Shown here: piece by piece, positions 9,245 through 17,211 of the stretch
How the letters are laid out: every line of letters starts with the position of its first letter
Position numbering within the stretch: the first letter of the stretch is position 1
NCBI GenBank assembly: GCA_964513345.1
Contig: CAZELY010000003.1
Span: 9,371-73,370 of the forward strand
Direction of reading: 5' to 3'
Source: an uncultured Muribaculaceae bacterium
GTDB lineage: Bacteria > Bacillota_I > Bacilli_A > RF39 > UBA660
DNA: 64,000 nt
The notes under the pieces: model-generated
Database searches by the model: none
What the model was told of the DNA's origin: nothing
Seen by the model: the letters and a program-made list of their open reading frames with translations, nothing else
Made by a program: the position numbers and the translations under genes

Positions 9245-10516
9245 ATGTTTGTTGATGAAGCGATAGTAGAACTTTTCGCTGGTGATGGTGGAAATGGATG
9301 TAAAGCCTTTAGAAGAGAAAAAGGAGTTCCACTAGGAGGACCATTTGGCGGAAATGGCGGAAAGGGCTCAAGCATTATTTTTAAGGTTGACAACGGTTTA
9401 AATACGTTAGTTGATTTTCGTTATAAAAGAATAATTAAAGGTTCAAACGGTGAAAATGGGCTTGGAAAAGGCATGAATGGCAAAAATGCCGAAGATATAG
9501 TTATCATGGTTCCACCAGGGACAGTAATTACTGATCTTCATACTAAATTAATTGTTGCTGATTTAATTAAAGAAGGAGATCAAGCAGTCATCGTTGAAGG
9601 CGGCCGTGGAGGAAGAGGTAACATTGCTTTTGCTACTAAAAATAATCCGGCTCCAGATTTTGCTGAAAATGGTGAACCAGGAGAATATAGAAAAATAAAA
9701 CTTGAACTAAAATTAATTGCTGATGTTGGTTTAGTAGGACTTCCTAGTGTCGGAAAATCTACAATAATTTCTCGAGTATCCTCATCAAAACCAAAAATTG
9801 CCGACTACCCATTTACAACATTAAAACCAAATTTAGGCGTTGTAAAAGTAGAAGATGGTCGTTCATTTGTTCTTGCTGATTTACCAGGATTAATTGAAGG
9901 CGCTTCATTAGGCCATGGATTAGGTGATCAATTTTTAAAACACATTGAAAGAACTAGAATAATCGCCCATATTATTGATATGGGTGGATATACTGGAAGA
10001 GACCCTTATAAAGATTATGAAATAATCAATAATGAATTAAAAGCATTTAATGAAAAAATATTAGAAAAACCACAGATTATTATTGCTAATAAAATGGATA
10101 TGATTAATGCTGAGGAAAACTTGAAAAAGTTTAAAGAGCAAGTTGATTTACCAGTTTATAAAGTATCTGCTGTGACTGGATATGGACTACGACAAGTAAT
10201 GGCAAAACTTGCCGATATGCTAGATGAAATACCTAAAAATAATTTATATGAGGAAGAAAAATTTGAAAGCCATGTAATTTATAAATTTAAAGAAGAAAAA
10301 CCATTTACAATTACTAAGGAAAATGATGCCTGGGTTATTAAAGGAAAACAAATAGAAAAACTTCTTCGTATGAGTAGATTTGATACCAACGAAGCTATAC
10401 TTAGATTTGCTGCTAAATTAAGAAAATTAGGTATTGATGATGAGCTTAGAAAATTAGGCGCTGAAGACGGAGATACAGTCAAAATATTAGATTATGAATT
10501 TGAATTTAGTGAATAA
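9245..10516 (+). CDS. obg: GTPase Obg/CgtA
   Basis: Glycine-rich Obg fold (GDGGNG.., GGRGGRGN), G domain (GLPSVGKST, DLPGLIEGA, NKMD) and the C-terminal OCT domain. Confidence 0.95.
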   Translation: MFVDEAIVELFAGDGGNGCKAFRREKGVPLGGPFGGNGGKGSSIIFKVDNGLNTLVDFRYKRIIKGSNGENGLGKGMNGKNAEDIVIMVPPGTVITDLHTKLIVADLIKEGDQAVIVEGGRGGRGNIAFATKNNPAPDFAENGEPGEYRKIKLELKLIADVGLVGLPSVGKSTIISRVSSSKPKIADYPFTTLKPNLGVVKVEDGRSFVLADLPGLIEGASLGHGLGDQFLKHIERTRIIAHIIDMGGYTGRDPYKDYEIINNELKAFNEKILEKPQIIIANKMDMINAEENLKKFKEQVDLPVYKVSAVTGYGLRQVMAKLADMLDEIPKNNLYEEEKFESHVIYKFKEEKPFTITKENDAWVIKGKQIEKLLRMSRFDTNEAILRFAAKLRKLGIDDELRKLGAEDGDTVKILDYEFEFSE

Positions 10517-10529
10517 CTAAATTCTTTTT
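10502..10529 (+). repeat. Direct repeat copy 1 (last four obg codons, stop codon and the obg terminator hairpin)
   Basis: GAATTTAGTGAATAACTAAATTCTTTTT, with stem GAATTTAG/CTAAATTC followed by a T-run. Identical to 11766-11793. Confidence 0.95.
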
Positions 10530-10606
10530 AATGTAAAGCAGAATAATAATTGTTTGTAAAAAAAGGTGAATTATGCTATATTTAATGTAGAAAATAGGGT
10601 GATTAT

Positions 10607-11656
10607 ATGAATAAAACAAAACAAAAAAATATATTTATCATTAGCTTACTAGCTATAGTACTAATAATGGCCGTAGGCTATGCAGCTTTCGCAACAAATC
10701 TAACGGTAAATGGGACAGCAAGTATTTCATCAAATTGGTGTATAGGGTTTGATAGTACTAAAACTACAGATTATGTAGCAAGTAAAACTCATTCTACTGG
10801 AGACACACCAACAGGAAGTATTTCATTTAGTGGAAATGCATGTCAGACTAACTATAAAACAAATGCATCTTTAGTAGCTAATTTTAAACAACCAGGAGAT
10901 AAAATAGAATATACCCTAACAATAGCAAATAAAGGAAGTTTAGCAGCAGCAATAGAAAGTATCTTAGTAGATAATAATAACGTAACATCTAATCAAACAA
11001 TAACAAAAGGAAATGTAAAATATACAATAGAGATGCCATTAGATACATCATTAGCAGAAAATGAAACCACAACCATGCAAATAACAGCGGAGTTTCAAAA
11101 TGATACAAATATAAGCACCTCTAGTACAAGTACAGAAACCATAAGTGTTCAAATTAATGCCACCCAAGATGATGGTAGTGGAGGCTTCACTCCAACCCCA
11201 GCAGCGCAAACAGTATACGCAATCAATACAAGTAGTATATATAAAAACACATCAACGCTACAAGATATAGGAACAACGTATAATAGTTGTTCCGCAACAG
11301 GGAAGAATACATGTATAAGATATACTATAGAAAATGATATCGTAACAGGAGCAGAAGCTTGCTTTGTAAAAGGCGGAACTGAGTATTGCCTAAAAGGCTG
11401 GGTAGATGAGTGCTTGTATGATGGTAACGATTGTACATTTACAGGAACACAAACAGTATATAATGCCAATAAAACAACATTACAAACAGCCTTTACAGAA
11501 ACAAATGCCTGTTCTGATATTGGCTATGATTTCGGCTGCGATGCTTCCGGTTTCGATGCCAGCGCCAATAATGAGGGCGGCGTCTATGCGTACGATGGCG
11601 GCTGGAGCTGCTATGTCTATTCAGATGGCAATGCCGACTGCAGCGACAGCAGTTAG
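10607..11656 (+). CDS. Secreted protein: TasA/SipW-type leader, TasA(camelysin)-like N-domain, six-Cys C-terminal module
   Basis: The leader ..IMAVGYA|AFATNLTVNGTAS parallels TasA ..GGTWA|AFNDIKS..ASGTLDL. NFKQPGDKIEYTLTIANKGSLAAAI parallels TasA NLKPGDKLTKDFQFENNGSLAIKEV. The C-terminal Cys-rich module is shared with 52331-52933 and 61948-62928. Confidence 0.65.
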   Translation: MNKTKQKNIFIISLLAIVLIMAVGYAAFATNLTVNGTASISSNWCIGFDSTKTTDYVASKTHSTGDTPTGSISFSGNACQTNYKTNASLVANFKQPGDKIEYTLTIANKGSLAAAIESILVDNNNVTSNQTITKGNVKYTIEMPLDTSLAENETTTMQITAEFQNDTNISTSSTSTETISVQINATQDDGSGGFTPTPAAQTVYAINTSSIYKNTSTLQDIGTTYNSCSATGKNTCIRYTIENDIVTGAEACFVKGGTEYCLKGWVDECLYDGNDCTFTGTQTVYNANKTTLQTAFTETNACSDIGYDFGCDASGFDASANNEGGVYAYDGGWSCYVYSDGNADCSDSS

Positions 11657-11765
11657 TAGCCTAGTTGCGGTCCGCCCATCTTGAAATCTTGAATCCTTCA
11701 AGATAAAGGAAAGGCAAAATGTGTTTGCTATAAGCAAATTAATATAAAATAACAAAACATTTTAA

Positions 11766-11793
11766 GAATTTAGTGAATAACTAAATTCTTTTT
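11766..11793 (+). repeat. Direct repeat copy 2 (fossil obg 3' end and terminator, now terminating the cassette gene)
   Basis: Letter-for-letter identical to 10502-10529. The T-run is longer here. Confidence 0.95.
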
Positions 11794-11859
11794 TTGTCGA
11801 CTGAAAACATGTGTATATATATAAGATTATCATAGAATATATATGAAAGGAGAAATATC

Positions 11860-14133
11860 ATGTTTGCTAATTTTGAAGAAGAGGCTAGAAAAGTTTTAGT
11901 AATGGCTAAAAAAGAAATGCTTGATTTAAAACATCCTTATGTTTCATCTGAACACCTTCTACTTGCTATTTTAAGAAACAAAAATGAAGTATCTGAAAGA
12001 TTATTAAATTATGATATAAATTATACTCTTATAAAAAATGAAATTATTAAAATAATTGGTAAAGGTTCAAAAGAAAGTGAATATTTTTTATATACACCAC
12101 TTTTAAAAAGAATTATTGAAAATGCCTCGTTTGATGCCAAAGAAAACAACAAAAACACCGTCACCATAAATCATTTATTTTCATCATTATTAGAAGAAGG
12201 CGAAGGTGTAGCCATTAGAATATTAATTGGCATGGGAATTGATGTAGATCAGTTATATAGTGAATTTGCTTTTAAATTAATTAATAAAAGCAAGTCAAAA
12301 AAAATGCTTTTGGAACAGTTAGGTATCGATTTAAATAAAAAAGCTTTAAATAACGAAATAGATCCAATCACGGGAAGACATAGTGAAATTAATAGAGTGT
12401 TGGAAATATTATCTAGAAGAACCAAAAATAATCCGTTGTTAATTGGTGAAGCCGGAGTGGGAAAAACCGCAATCGTTGAAGGCATTGCCAGTAAAATAGT
12501 AAGTGGAGAAGTACCAATATCTTTAAAAAACAAAAGAATAATCAGTTTAGATATGGGGTCTTGTGTAGCTGGAACAAAATATCGCGGAGAATTTGAAGAA
12601 AGGATCCATAAAATTTTAAAAGAGCTCGAACAAAATAATGATATAATTCTTTTTATCGATGAGATTCATACATTAGTAGGAGCCGGAGGCGCTGAAGGCG
12701 CCATCGACGCTTCTAATTTATTTAAACCGGCTTTGGCTAGGGGAACTATTAGATGTATTGGGGCAACAACCACCGATGAATACAAAAAATATATTGAAAG
12801 GGAGGGAGCTTTAGAAAGAAGATTTCAAAAAGTAACAATTAAAGAGGCCAATCAAGAAGAAGTAAAAAATATTCTTTTGAATTTGAAAAACATTTATGAA
12901 AGTTACCACAAAGTAATCATAAATGAAGAAATAATAGATTTGATTGTTAATTTGTCAAAAAAATATATTTATAACCGCAAAGAACCAGATAGATCAATCG
13001 ACATATTAGATGAAGTATGTGCCAAAACCAGTTTAAAAGAAAGCAAAGATTTAATTAGATATAATACCAGCACTAAAAAATTAAAAGAAATCACCAGCAA
13101 AAAGAAAAAAGCAATCATTGATAATAATTTTTTAAAAGCGGCAGATTACAAAAAAGAAGAATGTAAATTAATGAATGAAATTAATAATTTAGAACTAAGT
13201 CTTTATAAACCAAAATTTAAAAAGGTAACAAAATATGATGTTGCGAGAGTAATTAATAATAAAACAGGAATTCCAGTTTATGAAATATTCGGTCAAAAAA
13301 GCAAAGAAAACAATTTAAAGCAAAAAATAATTGGACAAAATGAAGCTATTAAACAAGTAACTAATATTGCCAAAAAAATAAAAATGGGTTTAAATGATAA
13401 ATGTTATTCAATGCTTTTTTGCGGACCATCGGGGGTTGGAAAAACTGAACTTGCTAAAGTGTTTGGGGAAACGTTGGTTGGAAAAGATAATGTGATTAAA
13501 ATAGATTGCTCAGAATATAAAGAAGCCCATAGCATTTCCAAAATTATAGGTGCCCCACCAGGTTATGTTGGGTATGATGAAAATAATGTTTTAGAAGAAA
13601 TTAAAAACAAACCATATTCGGTTTTAATCTTAGACGAAATTGAAAAAGCTCATAACGATATTATAAATTTGTTTTTAGGTGTTTTAGACGAAGGTGTAAT
13701 TAAAAACAATAAAACAAAAACGATAAATTTTGATAACGTTGTTATTATTTTGACCTCTAATATTGGATTTCATAATATTAATGTCGGCTTTGTTAATAAT
13801 GATGATTTTAAAACAAAATTGAATGACAAATTTTCTATTCCCTTTATGAATAGAGTGGATAATGTTGTTATTTTTAATAATTTAACTAAAGAGGATATTA
13901 TTAAAATAACAAACAAAAAAATTAAAAAGTTGAAAAATAAATATAAAAATAAAATACTTATTAGAATTGGCAAACAAGTAATAGAAGACATCGTTGACAA
14001 ATCAAATTACGAGCAATATGGTGCCAGAAGAATAAGTAAAATAATTAAAGATGATATAGAAACGCAAATAATAGAAGCATTATTAAATAGAAAAGAAACA
14101 ATTTACATTAAAAAAACATTACAAAAAGTATAG
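11860..14133 (+). CDS. clpC: ATP-dependent Clp protease ATP-binding subunit ClpC
   Basis: Clp_N repeats, two AAA+ modules (GEAGVGKTAIVEG and GPSGVGKTELAK) and a UVR-like linker (FLKAADYKKEE). Confidence 0.9.
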   Translation: MFANFEEEARKVLVMAKKEMLDLKHPYVSSEHLLLAILRNKNEVSERLLNYDINYTLIKNEIIKIIGKGSKESEYFLYTPLLKRIIENASFDAKENNKNTVTINHLFSSLLEEGEGVAIRILIGMGIDVDQLYSEFAFKLINKSKSKKMLLEQLGIDLNKKALNNEIDPITGRHSEINRVLEILSRRTKNNPLLIGEAGVGKTAIVEGIASKIVSGEVPISLKNKRIISLDMGSCVAGTKYRGEFEERIHKILKELEQNNDIILFIDEIHTLVGAGGAEGAIDASNLFKPALARGTIRCIGATTTDEYKKYIEREGALERRFQKVTIKEANQEEVKNILLNLKNIYESYHKVIINEEIIDLIVNLSKKYIYNRKEPDRSIDILDEVCAKTSLKESKDLIRYNTSTKKLKEITSKKKKAIIDNNFLKAADYKKEECKLMNEINNLELSLYKPKFKKVTKYDVARVINNKTGIPVYEIFGQKSKENNLKQKIIGQNEAIKQVTNIAKKIKMGLNDKCYSMLFCGPSGVGKTELAKVFGETLVGKDNVIKIDCSEYKEAHSISKIIGAPPGYVGYDENNVLEEIKNKPYSVLILDEIEKAHNDIINLFLGVLDEGVIKNNKTKTINFDNVVIILTSNIGFHNINVGFVNNDDFKTKLNDKFSIPFMNRVDNVVIFNNLTKEDIIKITNKKIKKLKNKYKNKILIRIGKQVIEDIVDKSNYEQYGARRISKIIKDDIETQIIEALLNRKETIYIKKTLQKV

Positions 14134-14153
14134 ATATTAATCTATACTTTTTT
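14124..14153. terminator. Bidirectional terminator shared by the convergent clpC and asnB genes
   Basis: AAAAGTATAGAT-atta-ATCTATACTTTT: a 12-bp stem spanning both stop codons, with A/T runs on both sides. Confidence 0.8.
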
Positions 14154-15978
14154 CAAAATCAATAAAGAAAGTTTTGTACCAAATAAGGAATGCATAAACC
14201 GTCCAAATTTTGCGGCAATTGTTTTTTCTGCCTTTATAATGATCGTCAAGCATTTTATTCAATTTATTTATTTCAAAAAACTCTTTTGTAAAGTCCTGAT
14301 TAAATAAATCCTTAGCTAAATTATAATATTTTTCCTCTCTAAACCATTTAATAATTGGAACAGGGAATCCTTTTTTAGGTCTTTTGTACCAATCTTCAGG
14401 AATTCTTTTTGAGGCTGCTTGCCTTAAGGCATATTTAGTTGTGCCATGTGATATTTTATAATCCGTTTGAATAGTATTAGCTAAGGCAAATACCTCTTTG
14501 TCAAGTATTGGTACACGAAGCTCTAATGAATTTGCCATACTCATTTTATCAGCTTTTAGAAGAATATCATTAGGAAGCCAAAAGTGCATATCCAAATATT
14601 GCATTTTTGTAACATCATCTTCATTTTTAACTTCGTCAAAATAAGGTCGCGTAATATCTTGATACGTAGTACTATTTTTATATTTATCACTTAAAATATT
14701 ATTGGCACCTTTATTATCAAAAACGAAAGCTTCACCAACAAAGTAATCTTCAACTTTGCTGCCACCTTTAGTTAAGAAATTCTTACCGTGAAAATCAGGT
14801 AGGGGAGAAATAATAGTTTTAATAAATTTTCTTATAAAGAAAGGTAATTTACGGTATTTAATTAACAAATCATCTTCTTTATAAAATGGATAACCCCCAA
14901 ATAATTCGTCGGCACCCTCACCAGATAAAACAACCTTTACATATTTGCTTGCTAATGCTGATAAAAAATAAAGTGGCACTGCTGATAAATTAGCCGTTGG
15001 TTCATCAGCATAATATTCTACTTTATCTAAGCTTTCAAAAAAATCATCAGCATCTATTAATTCATTAATGTTTTCAATTTTTAAAATATCTGATAGTTCT
15101 TTAGCATAGGGCACTTCATTAAATATTTCATAATCAAAACCAACAGAAAAAGTCTTATCTGGTTTTAAATAAGAAACTACATATGAAGAATCAATTCCAC
15201 CAGACAAATACGCACCTAAAGGCACATCAGAAATTAAGTGAGTGTCAATTGATGAAGTAACAGTATCGTCGATCTTTTTAACTAAGCTATCAAAATCTTG
15301 ATTGGTTGGTTTAAATTCAATTTGATAATATTTATTAATTTTAAGGTCATTATTAATAAAATCATATATAAAATAGTGACCAGGCAATAGCTTGTAAACA
15401 TTTTTAAAAAATGTCTCTTCATATACAGAAGTTTGAAAAGTTAAAAAAGGTTTCAATGATTTTTCATTAATTTCTTTTACAAAATCAGGGTGATATAAAA
15501 AACTTTTTATTTCTGAACCAAACATAAAAGTATCATTCATATTCGTATAATAAAAAGGTTTTTGTCCAAAGTGATCTCTGGCTCCAAAAAGAATATTATT
15601 CTTTTTATCCCAAATAACGAAAGCAAACATTCCCCTTAAATGATCTAATACTTTTTCTTTGTATTCTTCGTAACCATGAAGTAATACTTCAGTATCCGAA
15701 TTAGTTTTGAAAATATGGCCCTTTTTAACTAAATCTTCTTTTATATCTTTAAAATTATAGATTTCACCATTGAAAGTAATAACATAATCGTTATCAAGCA
15801 TTGGTTGACGTCCATTTTGTAAATCAATAATTGATAATCTTCGAAACCCCATATTAATGTAGTTATCTTTATAGTAATTTTCATCATCTGGTCCTCGATG
15901 AGCAATCGCATCAGTCATTTTTTTAATATCTATTTCATTTTTTTCTTTTTTATTTATATATCCGCAAAAACCGCACAT
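14137..15978 (-). CDS. asnB: Asparagine synthase (glutamine-hydrolysing), AsnB family
   Basis: I place the start at MCGFCGY (Cys2 nucleophile), with GAAAGGAAG 7 nt upstream. The 9 extra codons in the ORF track are rejected. SGGIDSS PP-loop present. Confidence 0.85.
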   Translation of the reverse strand: MCGFCGYINKKEKNEIDIKKMTDAIAHRGPDDENYYKDNYINMGFRRLSIIDLQNGRQPMLDNDYVITFNGEIYNFKDIKEDLVKKGHIFKTNSDTEVLLHGYEEYKEKVLDHLRGMFAFVIWDKKNNILFGARDHFGQKPFYYTNMNDTFMFGSEIKSFLYHPDFVKEINEKSLKPFLTFQTSVYEETFFKNVYKLLPGHYFIYDFINNDLKINKYYQIEFKPTNQDFDSLVKKIDDTVTSSIDTHLISDVPLGAYLSGGIDSSYVVSYLKPDKTFSVGFDYEIFNEVPYAKELSDILKIENINELIDADDFFESLDKVEYYADEPTANLSAVPLYFLSALASKYVKVVLSGEGADELFGGYPFYKEDDLLIKYRKLPFFIRKFIKTIISPLPDFHGKNFLTKGGSKVEDYFVGEAFVFDNKGANNILSDKYKNSTTYQDITRPYFDEVKNEDDVTKMQYLDMHFWLPNDILLKADKMSMANSLELRVPILDKEVFALANTIQTDYKISHGTTKYALRQAASKRIPEDWYKRPKKGFPVPIIKWFREEKYYNLAKDLFNQDFTKEFFEINKLNKMLDDHYKGRKNNCRKIWTVYAFLIWYKTFFIDFEKSID

Positions 15979-15992
15979 AATATTCTTCCTTT

Positions 15993-17201
15993 CTAGGATT
16001 TCCAATATCCATTTTTGTAGTCTTTAAAATATCTAAAGTTTTTTCTTACAAGAAACAATATTCTTTTAAATGGCAAATCTTTTTTATAATAAAGAGGATT
16101 TACAACTTTTTTTTCTTTATAAAGCTTAAGAATTTCTTTTTTGAATTCTTCGTTTACAACATATTTTTTAACAATAGCTTTAGGAACGTAACTCAAAGCT
16201 ATTTTATTTTTGACAATTTGAAAATCATTGGTTTTATGATAAACCAAATCATCAACCACGTATTTTACTAAATTAAAACCAGCTGCTGTTACATAATAAC
16301 TACATCTACCTTGTCTAGCGTTAATTTCTAAAATTTTATATTTTGAATCACGATAATCATATTTAATATCTAATTCGGCTAATCCTTTAAAATTAATACT
16401 TTCCATAAAATCTTTAAATTTAGTAATAGTTTTTTCATCGTAACCATTGGTTGTAAAACCATTAATTAAACAAGCGGCGTTTCCAACCATTTTTGACGTA
16501 TGTTCCTGAAGACCAATTTGAGCAAAAGCGGCAAATTCACATTTACCATTAGAATTACAGTATACGACCATATCGTGAAGAGCACTATCATCGCCAGGAA
16601 TATATTCTTGGATGATTAATGTGTCAGTATAATCACTATTTTTAAAATAATTGATTGTTTCATTTACCTCATCCATATTATTTAATTTATATATTTTCTT
16701 TTTACCAGCAAATTCTATATGATTAAACATAATTACATTACTAGGTTTAATAATAACAGGAAAATCAAAATCTATTTTTAATTCATCTTTTAAATTATAA
16801 ATAATAGTTTTAGGAAGCAATCCAGAATCACCATACGTTTTAAAGAATAAATCTTTCATCATTAAAGAATCTAAGAATTTTAAATCAACATAATTGAAAA
16901 CAATACGATCGTCAAGCTTATCTTTATTGAAAACTAAATTTCTTGCATAAGTTTCATTAGAACTAATGCAAACAATTTTGGAAGCTTTAATATCAGAAAC
17001 ATATTCATTTAAGGCTTCGGCAAAAGTGTTAGTATCCCATAGTCGATTATCAATAGTTAAATTAATTATATTTGAATGGTTGACAAAACTCATTGATTTA
17101 ACAGCAATAACTCTAACTTTTTTTCCATATGCTTCATGAGCACATCTGGCCATATAATAAGCATTTGCATCGCTTCCAATAATAATGACTTCAAATTCCA
17201 T
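15993..17201 (-). CDS. ATP-grasp carboxylate-amine ligase, D-aspartate-ligase-like
   Basis: IIIGSDANAYYMARCAHEAYG, EYIPGDDSALHDM and LDIKYDYRDSKYKILEINARQGRCSYYVT match my recollection of the Enterococcus/Lactococcus D-Asp ligase (Asl) family. This is from memory, not a search. Confidence 0.55.
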   Translation of the reverse strand: MEFEVIIIGSDANAYYMARCAHEAYGKKVRVIAVKSMSFVNHSNIINLTIDNRLWDTNTFAEALNEYVSDIKASKIVCISSNETYARNLVFNKDKLDDRIVFNYVDLKFLDSLMMKDLFFKTYGDSGLLPKTIIYNLKDELKIDFDFPVIIKPSNVIMFNHIEFAGKKKIYKLNNMDEVNETINYFKNSDYTDTLIIQEYIPGDDSALHDMVVYCNSNGKCEFAAFAQIGLQEHTSKMVGNAACLINGFTTNGYDEKTITKFKDFMESINFKGLAELDIKYDYRDSKYKILEINARQGRCSYYVTAAGFNLVKYVVDDLVYHKTNDFQIVKNKIALSYVPKAIVKKYVVNEEFKKEILKLYKEKKVVNPLYYKKDLPFKRILFLVRKNFRYFKDYKNGYWKS

Positions 17202-17211
17202 AATTGTCCTC

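Noticed and set aside
11149-11684. ORFs 11149-11469 (-) and 11406-11684 (+), overlapping the 3' half of the TasA-like gene.
   Set aside because: They are stop-free only because this tract is unusually G+C-rich. They have no RBS, and the annotated frame carries the conserved six-Cys pattern.
11521-11704. Diversity-generating retroelement (variable region plus IMH-like GC-rich end and hairpin) as the explanation for the GC-rich tail.
   Set aside because: No reverse transcriptase ORF and no template-repeat copy of the tract occur anywhere in the 64 kb. The encoded sequence does not resemble the C-type-lectin/FGE-type variable regions I know. A remote template cannot be excluded, so the check is listed under the finding.
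11790-11859. A CtsR operator or 0A box upstream of clpC (TTTGTCGAC at about 11793-11801).
   Set aside because: It is only a partial match to TGTCGAA, and there is no tandem GGTCAAA heptad repeat typical of CtsR. This is too weak to call.
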